Source: an uncultured Bdellovibrionales bacterium (GTDB lineage Bacteria; Patescibacteriota; Minisyncoccia; Moranbacterales; UBA1568). From it: a stretch of DNA of 64,000 nucleotides. The translations under genes and the position numbers were made by a program. The stretch spans positions 292,824 to 356,823 of the forward strand of contig CAZTBI010000001.1 of NCBI GenBank assembly GCA_964612055.1, written 5' to 3'. Within the stretch, counting starts at the first letter, position 1. Every line of letters begins with the position of its first letter. A model generated the notes under the pieces. The model worked only from the letters and a program-made list of their open reading frames with translations. It was not told where the DNA came from and did no database searches. Positions 37,811 through 47,389 of this stretch are shown here, piece after piece.

Positions 37811-37849
37811 TTCATATGTTTCTACTCTATCGTAAAACGACCTTTCGCA

Positions 37850-38812
37850 CTACAGTGACTCGTTTGCTGATAGCGCCCTCCCCTTCAGAAGCATCAATTT
37901 TTGAAACATAATATCCCAGATACCTTGATTACACTGCGCCGTGACCATTTCCTCATCCTCTGCGGTCAAGGTCACCGGATCAATCTTCTGATCCTTCATA
38001 AGGTGGTACATGATTGAGCGCGGATTAGTTCCATGTCCCAGCCCAAGAGCATGGCCAAATTCATGTACAAGCACCGCTCGAAGATGCGGCAAGTCATCGT
38101 ATTGATAGATGTTGATTTCCTCCACCACATACTCGCCCTGATCAAATTCCCCTCCTTCTCCATAACGATCCACAAATTCGTCCACTTGCTCATTGTATTC
38201 ATTGACGAGCGCCACTTTCTGTTTCGAAAAAGCATTCACTTGTCCTGCCAAACGATTCACTTCCTGCCGTTTCAACTCCAGTTCCTGACGATTTTTTTCC
38301 AGTGTCTCAGATATGTCCTGCAACTTTTCATATTCCTCTTTCGGAGCACCGCCTCGCTCATTCCACTTCTCCACTTCGGCATTGTAAGCGAAAAGACGTT
38401 TCTTAAAAGATGAGAGCATGCGTTCATACTCTTGACTTACCTTCTCATACGAAGCGAGTGTTTTTGTCTGCTGCTGCTCGAGCGTTTCTTGCGTGGTATT
38501 CGTTTTTTCAAGAGACGCCTCCAATTTATTCGCTTCAAGAGTCTGCTCCTGTCGCTCATCAAAAATAAGATTCAGCTTAAATGCCGCTCCCGGAACAGAA
38601 TGGAAAAGCTCTCTCCCAAGAACACCCTCCCAAGAACGCTCTGCCGTAGCTACTTCTTTGAGGAAAGCTTCCTGACTAATACCAAAACGAGCATCGAAGG
38701 TGCCAAGTGAATACTCAATCGGCTTCTGACAAGGCAGGGCTTGGCGCCATAGAAAAATTCCACCTGAAATTAAGGCTGCCAGAAAACCATATTGCAGCAA
38801 CTTTTTCAACAT
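37850..38812 (-). CDS. Matrixin-family (M10-like) zinc metalloprotease with coiled-coil insert
   Basis: HEFGHALGLGH zinc motif, Met-turn SIMY, N-terminal TM, central coiled coil. Confidence 0.85.
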   Translation of the reverse strand: MLKKLLQYGFLAALISGGIFLWRQALPCQKPIEYSLGTFDARFGISQEAFLKEVATAERSWEGVLGRELFHSVPGAAFKLNLIFDERQEQTLEANKLEASLEKTNTTQETLEQQQTKTLASYEKVSQEYERMLSSFKKRLFAYNAEVEKWNERGGAPKEEYEKLQDISETLEKNRQELELKRQEVNRLAGQVNAFSKQKVALVNEYNEQVDEFVDRYGEGGEFDQGEYVVEEINIYQYDDLPHLRAVLVHEFGHALGLGHGTNPRSIMYHLMKDQKIDPVTLTAEDEEMVTAQCNQGIWDIMFQKLMLLKGRALSANESL

Positions 38813-38824
38813 AGAGGCAACATC

Positions 38825-41215
38825 CTAAACGCGAAGACGTCCGCCACGACTCGCGGCTAAAGCCACGATACGATCGAACGCAGCATCCATTTCCGCACTC
38901 GAAAGGGTTCGATCTGGCGCTCCGAAAGAAAGATGGAAAGCGAAACTTTTTTCACCATCCTTCTCGTAAATATCAAAGAGTTCTGACTGCTGAAGCAATG
39001 GCGCCCCACCTCCAGACAGTAACCGTTCGACTTCGCTCACGGTCATTTTTCGAGGAAAAACGAGCGAGATATCACGAAGAGCATACGGAAACTTTTGGAG
39101 CGGCGTAAACACCGTCTCTCTTTTCTGTAACTTCAGTAACTCTGAAACAACGAATCCCCCAATCGTAACCCGCGGCTCAAGACCAAAGGCTTTCAATACT
39201 TGCGGATGAATTTCGCCAATGACACCAATGACCTGTCCATGTGCTACATAACAAGCACTGCGCGTTGGATGAAGCATCGCGAGTACCGGGATTTCTTTGT
39301 ACTTCTCCGGTGATTCAAGCGTCATCTGCGAAGCATCAATATGAAGCGCCGAAAGCAAAGCCGCCATTTTCCCCTTCATTCCGTAAAAATTTGACCCTCG
39401 CTCGCTCTTCTTCGCAGCTACCGACAGGAGCGACAGTGCCGTCACTTCAACCGGCTTCTTCGTTTTCCCGTCCTTGGCAAAAACCTTCCCCCACTCGAAA
39501 CAATCAAAGCTTTCAAAATGTCGGATATTTTCCGCTGCCTTACGCAAATGAAGCGGAGCCAGTGTCATACGAAGATACTTCTGATCTGGACTGAGTGGAT
39601 TTTCAAGCTCCAGATGATGCTCTACTGGTAAACGTGTAGCGGCAATTTCTTTCTCGCCATAAAAAGAATAGGTCATGAGCTCATCGAAACCGGCGGAAGC
39701 TAAATACTCCTTGGTATCACGTTCGAAAATCTTTTCCGGATTCTTTGGACTGGCAGTAAGCGGCAACAGTGGCGCCGCAGCCTTGATACCATCATAGCCA
39801 TGCATGCGACCAATTTCTTCAATCAAATCCCATTCGTCACGGAGATCAGGACGCCTCGTTGATACCGTCACAGAAACTATATTCTGATTAGCCACCTTTT
39901 TCACTTTCAATCCAAGAAGAGCCAGATGTTGCACCACTTCGAAAAGTGGCAGCTTCACACCAAGAACATGCTCTACTCGATCGAGCGAAAGATTCACTTT
40001 CCATGAAGCTACTTCTTTCGGGTATACATCACGCATGCCGACGATCTTGCCACCACACAATCCCGGTAAAAGAGCGGCCGCCTCTCGCAATGCCTCACCA
40101 ACCAGATTCGGATCGAGATTGCGCTCGAAACGATAACTGGCATCAGTCGGGAGATTATGACGATTCTTGGTGCGACGAATAGATGACCCTTCGAAATTTG
40201 CTATTTCGAGAAAGATATTTTTTGTCTCTGCCGTGACGGCCGAGAACTGCCCGCCCATCACTCCTGCCAAGGCCAAGGCATGTTTCTTATCAGCAATCAC
40301 CAAATCATCTGAAGAAAGTTTCCTGGTATCACCATTAAGCAAGACCAGCTTTTCATTTTTCTTAGCTCGACGCACGATGATAGGACTATGGAGCTTATCC
40401 GCGTCAAAGGCATGCATCGGCTGTCCAGTCAGAAGCATGAGATAGTTGGTCACATCAACAATGTTGTTGATGGGCCGTAGTCCCGAAACGATGAGGCGCA
40501 CCTTCAGCCAGAGTGGTGATTCACCTACCGTGACACCTTTCAGCAGGAGCGCTCCATAACGCAAGCAGCCTTGTTTATCAGCAATGACCACTTTTGGCGC
40601 TTTATTATACGATGAGAGGCGAACTGGCTTTTGTAATTTCTGACCAAAATGTGGTGCATAGCCATCAAGCGCTGCAATCTCACGCGCCAAGCCCTGATAA
40701 GCCAAAGCATCAGAACCACGATCCGGCAAAATCTTAACCTCAATAATACTGTCATCGAGGCCCACAAATTTCACAAACGACGCTCCCACTGGCGCATCTA
40801 GAGAAAGGACGAGGATGCCAGAATGATCATCCCCGAGACCAAGTTCTTTAGCCGAACAAATCATGCCATTCGACTCAATACCGCGAAGTTTCGCCACTTT
40901 AATTTCGATGCCGCCAGGAAGTTTCGTGCCAGGCAACGCCACGACTACTTTCTGACCCTCAGCGATATTGGGCGCACCACAGACAATCGTGCGGACATCT
41001 TTCTTTCCTACCTCCACCTCTGCCACACGCAGTTTGTCGGCATCTGGATGTTGCGTGAGGGCTACGACTTTCCCGATCACTACATCATCAATCCCGAGTG
41101 TAAATTTTTCGATCCCCTCCACTTCAAAAGCATGCGCCATCAAAAGCTTTGCTAATTGCTCAGCACTTTTTTTGGTTCCGGAGAGTTCTTTGAGGATACG
41201 ATAGCTATATTTCAT
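38825..41215 (-). CDS. pheT: Phenylalanine--tRNA ligase beta subunit
   Basis: HPDADKL, IVCGAPN, SNGMICS..ELG, DASYRFER, DLIEEIGR. Confidence 0.96.
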   Translation of the reverse strand: MKYSYRILKELSGTKKSAEQLAKLLMAHAFEVEGIEKFTLGIDDVVIGKVVALTQHPDADKLRVAEVEVGKKDVRTIVCGAPNIAEGQKVVVALPGTKLPGGIEIKVAKLRGIESNGMICSAKELGLGDDHSGILVLSLDAPVGASFVKFVGLDDSIIEVKILPDRGSDALAYQGLAREIAALDGYAPHFGQKLQKPVRLSSYNKAPKVVIADKQGCLRYGALLLKGVTVGESPLWLKVRLIVSGLRPINNIVDVTNYLMLLTGQPMHAFDADKLHSPIIVRRAKKNEKLVLLNGDTRKLSSDDLVIADKKHALALAGVMGGQFSAVTAETKNIFLEIANFEGSSIRRTKNRHNLPTDASYRFERNLDPNLVGEALREAAALLPGLCGGKIVGMRDVYPKEVASWKVNLSLDRVEHVLGVKLPLFEVVQHLALLGLKVKKVANQNIVSVTVSTRRPDLRDEWDLIEEIGRMHGYDGIKAAAPLLPLTASPKNPEKIFERDTKEYLASAGFDELMTYSFYGEKEIAATRLPVEHHLELENPLSPDQKYLRMTLAPLHLRKAAENIRHFESFDCFEWGKVFAKDGKTKKPVEVTALSLLSVAAKKSERGSNFYGMKGKMAALLSALHIDASQMTLESPEKYKEIPVLAMLHPTRSACYVAHGQVIGVIGEIHPQVLKAFGLEPRVTIGGFVVSELLKLQKRETVFTPLQKFPYALRDISLVFPRKMTVSEVERLLSGGGAPLLQQSELFDIYEKDGEKSFAFHLSFGAPDRTLSSAEMDAAFDRIVALAASRGGRLRV

Positions 41216-41218
41216 ATA

Positions 41219-42256
41219 CTAAAATTGCCGGATAAAACGGAGGTCACCTGACATGAGGAGGCGGATATCAGTAATCTTGTACTTCATCATGGCCAGTCGC
41301 GTCATACCAAAACCCCAGGCAAACCCTTGATAGACACCGCGCTTGTATCCAGCAGATTCAAAAACCTTTTGATTCACCATGCCGGCCCCACCAATCTCAA
41401 GCCAACCACTTTGCTTACACGTGGCACAGCCTTTGCCTTCACAGAGAATACAGCTAATGTCGAATTCAAATGATGGCTCAGTAAAAGGAAAAAAGCTCGG
41501 CCTTAGACGAATGCTCACTTTTTCGCCAAAAAACTTACTGAAAAACTCTTCGGCCACATGCTTGAAGGTTGCTACAGTCACCTGACCTTCGACATCCACC
41601 ATGAGGCATTCAAACTGATGAAATGTGTGCTCATGAGAAGCATCAGTCGCTTCATTACGAAAGACTCGTCCCGGGACAATGACGCGGAGCGGCGGCTTAT
41701 GCGCCTCCAAATAGCGCACCTGAACACCGGAAGTATGAGTACGTGGAAGATAGCGATCCTTGAGTTTTTTCTCCGGCTTCACCCAAAAAGTATCTTGCAT
41801 ATCACGCGAGGGGTGATCCTTAGGAAAGTTGAGAGCATCGAAATTGTAGCGTTCCATTTCTACTTCTGGACCATCGGCAATGGCAAAGCCCATGGAAGCA
41901 AAGATGTCTTCGATCTCATGTTCCAGACGAGTAATCGGGTGCAAATGACCAGCACGAACCGACGTTCCTGGTGCGGTGATATCTATCCCTTCAGCTTGCC
42001 AATCAACACTGTTTTCGAGGAGTTCTTTCTTCTTGGTATCAAACAGAGCGATCAACTGCTGCTTGGTACTGTTCCCCAGTGGTCCCACGACCTTTTTTTC
42101 TTCTGGAGAAAGATCGCGCAGTCCTTTCAAGAGGTTATTGAGCTCACTTTTGCGACCGAGATATTTCACTTCCCATGCCTCAAGTTCCGCCATCGTCATG
42201 ATGGCAGGAAGTGACTCCTCGCCCGCTCTTCCAATTTTTTCAATCTGTTCTTTCAT
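41219..42256 (-). CDS. pheS: Phenylalanine--tRNA ligase alpha subunit
   Basis: HPSRDMQDTF, RTHTS.VQ, FPFTEPS.E, GFAWGFG. Confidence 0.97.
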   Translation of the reverse strand: MKEQIEKIGRAGEESLPAIMTMAELEAWEVKYLGRKSELNNLLKGLRDLSPEEKKVVGPLGNSTKQQLIALFDTKKKELLENSVDWQAEGIDITAPGTSVRAGHLHPITRLEHEIEDIFASMGFAIADGPEVEMERYNFDALNFPKDHPSRDMQDTFWVKPEKKLKDRYLPRTHTSGVQVRYLEAHKPPLRVIVPGRVFRNEATDASHEHTFHQFECLMVDVEGQVTVATFKHVAEEFFSKFFGEKVSIRLRPSFFPFTEPSFEFDISCILCEGKGCATCKQSGWLEIGGAGMVNQKVFESAGYKRGVYQGFAWGFGMTRLAMMKYKITDIRLLMSGDLRFIRQF

Positions 42257-42314
42257 GTCCGTATTCTAATTGAGAAAAGTGTTCTTATCAAACTTTCAAC
42301 AATTTCCTAAAGGG

Positions 42315-42445
42315 TTCTCACAAACTTTACAGCGCGACTTGAAAGTGTGCGAGCACGGTGCCGTTCTGTTTCAGGACGGATCGCACGCTTTCACGTCAAT
42401 CAAAGTCTCGCCGGGACTTTGATGGCGATGAAAGTTTCGTGAGAA
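42315..42445 (+). ncRNA. Structured dispersed element, copy A (putative ncRNA or non-autonomous mobile element)
   Basis: Same three-way-junction architecture and GCAYGGT / CGCYGG motifs as 49890 and 59204. Confidence 0.5.
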
Positions 42446-42448
42446 AAC

Positions 42449-43642
42449 TTAGTGGAAAGTTATTTTTACAAAATCCTTCTTTCCCACCTTCACTACCTTC
42501 CCGTCATGCATACCTTTCTCAAATATCGTATCTGCAGATAATTTATCACCATCAATAGAAACACCACCCTGTTCTGCCTTGCGACGGGCATCCGTCTTAC
42601 TGTCTGCTAGGTCAGCTTCTACCAACATATCAATCAACTTTCCTCCCTCAATAACAGTAACTGTTCGAACGTCTTCTGGCACACTCCCTTTCGAAAAAGT
42701 ATCCACAAAATACTGTTCAGCCTTCTTAGCCTCATCTTCACCATGATAAAGCTTTACGATTTCAGTCGCCAAACGCACCTTGGCATCACGCGGATTGCCA
42801 CCAGTTACCATCTCTTCAGCCATTTTGGCGATTTCGGCCATCGGTACGCGCGTACAATGCACGAAGTAATCGGTGATCAGATTATCAGGAACGCTCATCA
42901 CCTTGCCGAACATATCATTCGGAGCATCCATGAGATTGATGGTATTGCCCCAGCTCGAACTCATCTTGCGACCATCGGTTCCAAGAATCAGGTTGGTCAT
43001 CAAAATATCTTGTGATTCCTGCCCATGAGCCTCCTGCAAACGGCGGCCAGCCAGCAGATTGAAACGCTGATCAATACCACCAAGCTCCACATCGGCATTC
43101 ACCGCGATACTGTCAAAACCCTGCATGAGTGGATAGAGCACCTCACGGAGTGACACGCGCTTCCCTTCATCGAGACGCTTTCTGATATTTTCCCGAGAGA
43201 TAAATTCAGCGAGCGAAAAAGCATTGGCCTGCTGCCCGATTTCCTCATACCCGAGTTCCCCGAGCCAAGTGGAGTTGTAATGCACCTCAGCTTGCTCGAG
43301 ATCGATAAGTTTCCCCAGCTGCTCCGTGTAGGTCTTCATATTCTCCTCAATGGCATCCTTCGCGAGCATTGGTCGTTCACTGTCTTTGTCTGAGGTATCG
43401 CCGATAACTCCCGTAAAATCCCCCACAATGAGAACAATTTTATGTCCCAGAGCTTGCAAATCACGCATTTTCAAGAGCACCACAGCTCGACCGATATGAA
43501 TATTGGCACTGGTCGGATCGATACCAAGCTTGATCCGCAGCGGTTTATCCGAAAGCAGTCTTTTCTTTAGGTGTTCCCGATCAATCACCTCCGCTACACC
43601 GCGAGAAAGAATTTCATCAATCAGTTGTTCTTTGTTTTGCAT
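42449..43642 (-). CDS. tyrS: Tyrosine--tRNA ligase
   Basis: KLGIDPTS..IHIGR, YPLMQGFD, GGIDQ.FN, KMSSS, S4 domain. Confidence 0.96.
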   Translation of the reverse strand: MQNKEQLIDEILSRGVAEVIDREHLKKRLLSDKPLRIKLGIDPTSANIHIGRAVVLLKMRDLQALGHKIVLIVGDFTGVIGDTSDKDSERPMLAKDAIEENMKTYTEQLGKLIDLEQAEVHYNSTWLGELGYEEIGQQANAFSLAEFISRENIRKRLDEGKRVSLREVLYPLMQGFDSIAVNADVELGGIDQRFNLLAGRRLQEAHGQESQDILMTNLILGTDGRKMSSSWGNTINLMDAPNDMFGKVMSVPDNLITDYFVHCTRVPMAEIAKMAEEMVTGGNPRDAKVRLATEIVKLYHGEDEAKKAEQYFVDTFSKGSVPEDVRTVTVIEGGKLIDMLVEADLADSKTDARRKAEQGGVSIDGDKLSADTIFEKGMHDGKVVKVGKKDFVKITFH

Positions 43643-43653
43643 ACGGGCAAAAA

Positions 43654-43947
43654 TTATTTTAACCCAAAACGTGCTTTGGCGAGACGATACTGGTCGTCAG
43701 ACATTTGGCCAGCCTTGCGCATCGCTTCGAGCGAGGTCATGATCTCGTCTTTGTGTTTGGCAATATTTTTTGGTGTCATGGTCTTCTTGATCACCTTGTC
43801 CCGTTCAGCTGGGCTCATTTTGAGAAAACGTTTGTACGCCAACCGCTGAAGCATACCCATATCCTTTGGGTCTGGCATTCCGGGAACGCTTGGCAGTTCA
43901 TCTTTTTCTTCGCCCTGATCGTTTTTCTTAAAGGGATTCCAATTCAT
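43654..43947 (-). CDS. Hypothetical protein
   Basis: Co-oriented 97-aa ORF filling the secF-tyrS gap. Confidence 0.6.
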   Translation of the reverse strand: MNWNPFKKNDQGEEKDELPSVPGMPDPKDMGMLQRLAYKRFLKMSPAERDKVIKKTMTPKNIAKHKDEIMTSLEAMRKAGQMSDDQYRLAKARFGLK

Positions 43948-43999
43948 ATAAAGTAAGGAAAAGTATATTACAAACTACTACCTCCATCATAGCACCAAC

Positions 44000-44902
44000 C
44001 TACTTCTTCTTCGTCTTCATGCTATACCGTGTGACGAGCAGTGCTGAAGCGATATAGATAGACGAGTAGGTTCCGAAAGCCACTCCTGCAAGCAGTGCCA
44101 CCCCGAAATAACGAATACTCTCTCCGCCAAAGAGTACAATAGCCACCAGCGTGATGATGACGGTCATCGAGGTATTGATCGAACGACCAAGCGTCTCATT
44201 GAGGGAGCGGTTCACGATCATTTCAAAATCCTCTTTCCTACTCGAGCGCATCAAATTTTCACGTACTCGATCATAGACTACAATCGTATCGTTTACGGAG
44301 TACCCCAAAATAGTCAGGAGTGCTGCAATAAATGGCACACCCACTTCGATATCATAATACCTCCCCAGTAAAGCAAAGAGGCCGATCACAATAATAATGT
44401 CATGCGCTAGAGCAATGACCGCACCAAGACCATACTCCCACGAGGTGACGATACCCGATACCCGACGAAAAGCCCAGGCGATATACAGGGCAATACCAAT
44501 GATGGAAAGCGTGATACCAGAGAAAGCATTCTTTTTGATCTGATCGGAAACCGAGCCCCCAATAAAGTCAGTGCGGAGCTGTTTGATGTCAGAGTCCAGA
44601 GTTTTCAATTGCGCCACTACTTTTTCGTTGGCAGCTTCATCAGAGGCCAGGTAGCGGAGGAGCATACCTCGGTTGTCGGTTGGCTGAACCGTCAGACTCT
44701 TGAGCGAAAGCTCCGAAAGACTCGCTTCTATTTCCTGTACCTGTGGCACTGGATCTTTGGAGAACTGTAGCTCCATCAAAGTTCCTCCTTTGAAGTCGAT
44801 TCCAAACTTCAGCCCCCACACGGAAATCATCGCGATACTCACTATCGTCAGAACGATAGAGAGAGCATAAGCGTATTTTCTTTTTTGAATGATTTGCAAC
44901 AT
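44000..44902 (-). CDS. secF: Protein translocase subunit SecF
   Basis: GIDFKGGT, HD, GYSVNDTIVVYDRVREN, TLGRSINTS. Confidence 0.96.
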   Translation of the reverse strand: MLQIIQKRKYAYALSIVLTIVSIAMISVWGLKFGIDFKGGTLMELQFSKDPVPQVQEIEASLSELSLKSLTVQPTDNRGMLLRYLASDEAANEKVVAQLKTLDSDIKQLRTDFIGGSVSDQIKKNAFSGITLSIIGIALYIAWAFRRVSGIVTSWEYGLGAVIALAHDIIIVIGLFALLGRYYDIEVGVPFIAALLTILGYSVNDTIVVYDRVRENLMRSSRKEDFEMIVNRSLNETLGRSINTSMTVIITLVAIVLFGGESIRYFGVALLAGVAFGTYSSIYIASALLVTRYSMKTKKK

Positions 44903-44905
44903 AGG

Positions 44906-46591
44906 CTATTCGAGGGGTTTCTTAGGGGAAACAAGGAGTTTCGGGTGACGCTCCATCCAATCACCAGCAAGGAACGTGGTCGTGATACGGACGAGAACAA
45001 CGGCAGTGAAAAGCGAGAGGAGTACACCAAGAGCCAAGATCACTGCAAACCCCTTCACGAAACCCGTCCCGAGACCAATCAATATGACCGTCGTGATCAA
45101 AGTCGAAACGTGACCATCGCGAATACTCGGCCAAGCGCGGCGGAAACCTTCTTTGATGGAACGAATCACGCCCTTGCCATAGGACAATTCTTCACGAGTA
45201 CGCTCGAAAATAAGGACGTTGGCATCAACAGCGATACCGATCGAAAGAATGAATCCAGCGATACCCGAAAGTGTCACCGTGATAGCAAATGGCGTAAAGA
45301 CCGAGAGCTTGAAAAGGGTGAGCAACATGGCTGTATAGAGAAGAAGTGCCAGTACCGCCACCACTCCCAGAAGACGATAATAGAACACCATGAAAATGGC
45401 AACAGCCCCGAGGCCAACCAGTCCGGCAAACAAACTTTCCTTCAAAGCACTCTCTCCCAAAGAAGCGTCTACACTCTGCTGCCCTACCAAGGTGATTGGT
45501 ACCGGGAGCGCTCCTTCATTGAGACGTTTTACCAGGTCACTTGCTGTCTGGGTCGTGAAATCTCCCGTAATAACCGCCTGACCAGCGACAATTTCATTTT
45601 GCACTGTTGGCTGACTAATAATTTCATCATCCAAGAAAATTGCAACTGGCTTGCCAATGTTACGCTTGGTAATTTCAGCGAAGAGCTTCGTTCCTTCATC
45701 ATCAAACTGAAGGGCAATCTGTGGCGAACCAATCCCCTGGGCCTGATAATCGACGTACGCATTTTTCAAATTCTTCCCCGAAAGACCTGTCACTTTCCAG
45801 GCGAGTTTCGGAAAATCAGCCGCCGTATATTTCGTAAACAAAATATGCGCACCATGCACTTCACGTTCATCGCCTTCACCACGTTCCTCAATCTTCTTGA
45901 TCACGTGCCAACCAAACTGTGTTTCAACGAGCTTTGGATACACTTCTCCCGAAAGCAAAGCGGGGTCAAAGAGTACCGTATCAAACTCATCCACAAAGAC
46001 GCCCCTTTTCACGAAATCAAGATCCCCGCCAGTATCTCTAGATCCTGGATCCTGACTCAACTGAGCGGCAAGTTTTGAGAAATCCTCTCCCATGATAGCT
46101 TGCCGAATCGCGTCTTCTGCCCTTTCCTTATTACTCTGATTGAGCGCATCAATCTGCTCTTGATCTTCAGGACTCACGCCGTCAGCCTGTTCACGAAATT
46201 CCAAAAATGGCGTCTCTTTGATCATCTTTTTTGCTTGCTCAATATCTTTGATACCAGGAAGCTCAACGATGATGCGATGTTCACTTCCTGAACGGGAAAG
46301 CTGCACCAGAGGCTCACCAACACCGAAAGCATTGACGCGGCGCTCGATCACCGCTTCTGCTGCCACTAAGGCATCGTTCACTTTGGCACTTTCAATCTGT
46401 GAAACATCAGCCTTGTACTCCAAGTGGATACCACCCTGAAGATCAAGTCCTTTATTCACTTTCAAGCCATCAAAAAAACTAAAAACAGGCGGCATGAATT
46501 TCACTGCCTGTGGATATGAAATGATGCCACAAACTAAGCCAAGAAGAAGCACCAAAGCGAATTGGTAGCGGATTTTTACCTGCTGTTTCAT
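44906..46591 (-). CDS. secD: Protein translocase subunit SecD with inserted parvulin (PpiC) domain
   Basis: GLDLQGG, RRVNAFGV.EP, GALPVP, VDANVLIFER; insert SQDPGS...GGDL.F, ETQFGWHVIK. Confidence 0.95.
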   Translation of the reverse strand: MKQQVKIRYQFALVLLLGLVCGIISYPQAVKFMPPVFSFFDGLKVNKGLDLQGGIHLEYKADVSQIESAKVNDALVAAEAVIERRVNAFGVGEPLVQLSRSGSEHRIIVELPGIKDIEQAKKMIKETPFLEFREQADGVSPEDQEQIDALNQSNKERAEDAIRQAIMGEDFSKLAAQLSQDPGSRDTGGDLDFVKRGVFVDEFDTVLFDPALLSGEVYPKLVETQFGWHVIKKIEERGEGDEREVHGAHILFTKYTAADFPKLAWKVTGLSGKNLKNAYVDYQAQGIGSPQIALQFDDEGTKLFAEITKRNIGKPVAIFLDDEIISQPTVQNEIVAGQAVITGDFTTQTASDLVKRLNEGALPVPITLVGQQSVDASLGESALKESLFAGLVGLGAVAIFMVFYYRLLGVVAVLALLLYTAMLLTLFKLSVFTPFAITVTLSGIAGFILSIGIAVDANVLIFERTREELSYGKGVIRSIKEGFRRAWPSIRDGHVSTLITTVILIGLGTGFVKGFAVILALGVLLSLFTAVVLVRITTTFLAGDWMERHPKLLVSPKKPLE

Positions 46592-46662
46592 GCTCTCGAG
46601 TATACCGGAAAGTCAGAATACAGGCAAACAGAAGCCAAAATGACATCATGGCCACCTTTGTA

Positions 46663-46691
46663 TTGACTGAATAAAGATTTTATGCTATATT
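46663..46691 (+). promoter_or_regulatory. Sigma70-type promoter
   Basis: TTGACT-17bp-TATATT with TGn. Confidence 0.6.
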
Positions 46692-46761
46692 AATTTTTCC
46701 CCCAAATCCTTGGGTGGAACGTCAGCGATGACGCCCAAAGCACCTTTACAAAGAGGTCACC

Positions 46762-47217
46762 ATGTTAATACTCCCTCACCATCAATTCACCCAATTCTCT
46801 TTCCCTGGAAGAGAACGGTGTAAATTACTTGGCCCATTCATACAAGGCCTAGGGACTCAAATTCCGACACAACCAAGTCCGTCACTCGTACTCTACAACG
46901 ACGGCGAACACTTGTACCAGGAATTGAACCACCCGTGGCCAGGACAAGAAAAAGTCTTTGACTGGCTTCCTTACCGGGAATATACCGGGGTCCGGAATTG
47001 TCCTAATGCTACTCGCTATCCGGAAATCGGAATCATTACCAAGGGTCACGACTTCGGAAGGCGAGCTCAAGTTCAAATTTTTCGTGGACTCCTGCGCAGC
47101 TATGAAGTGGCCATTCCGCCACTGCATGCCATGCATTTGATCCAATTTCCCTTTACGGACGCTTTTTTTGTCCGATGGATAGGTCGGACTCACCGACAAG
47201 CAAGAGTGGCCATATAA
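46762..47217 (+). CDS. Hypothetical protein
   Basis: Upstream promoter and SD AGAGGT; no recognised motif. Confidence 0.55.
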   Translation: MLILPHHQFTQFSFPGRERCKLLGPFIQGLGTQIPTQPSPSLVLYNDGEHLYQELNHPWPGQEKVFDWLPYREYTGVRNCPNATRYPEIGIITKGHDFGRRAQVQIFRGLLRSYEVAIPPLHAMHLIQFPFTDAFFVRWIGRTHRQARVAI

Positions 47218-47389
47218 AGTCGTAAGGCTCAATCGAATCTGATCGACACTTACAGAGGAAATCATTCCTCGAACGGAAACGAACGATTGCAAATGAGTAT
47301 GGGATATTTCTAATAGTTAGGAATATATCTCAGGAATCATTTTTAAAGCAAGAGTTCGTTTTTGAATTGCCAAAATCAATTTTTCTTAC

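Noticed and set aside
42350-42370. T-box-like CGGCACCGTG on the minus strand upstream of pheS
   Set aside because: No specifier stem or terminator; the sequence is the conserved bulge of the three-copy element, whose other copies are not near synthetase genes
43654-43947. KMSPAER resemblance to the SRP54/Ffh M-domain
   Set aside because: Match too short; the RIARGSG RNA-binding motif is absent
46882-47292. Minus-strand 136-aa ORF opposite the 46762 gene
   Set aside because: The plus-strand ORF has promoter and SD support; this one has neither
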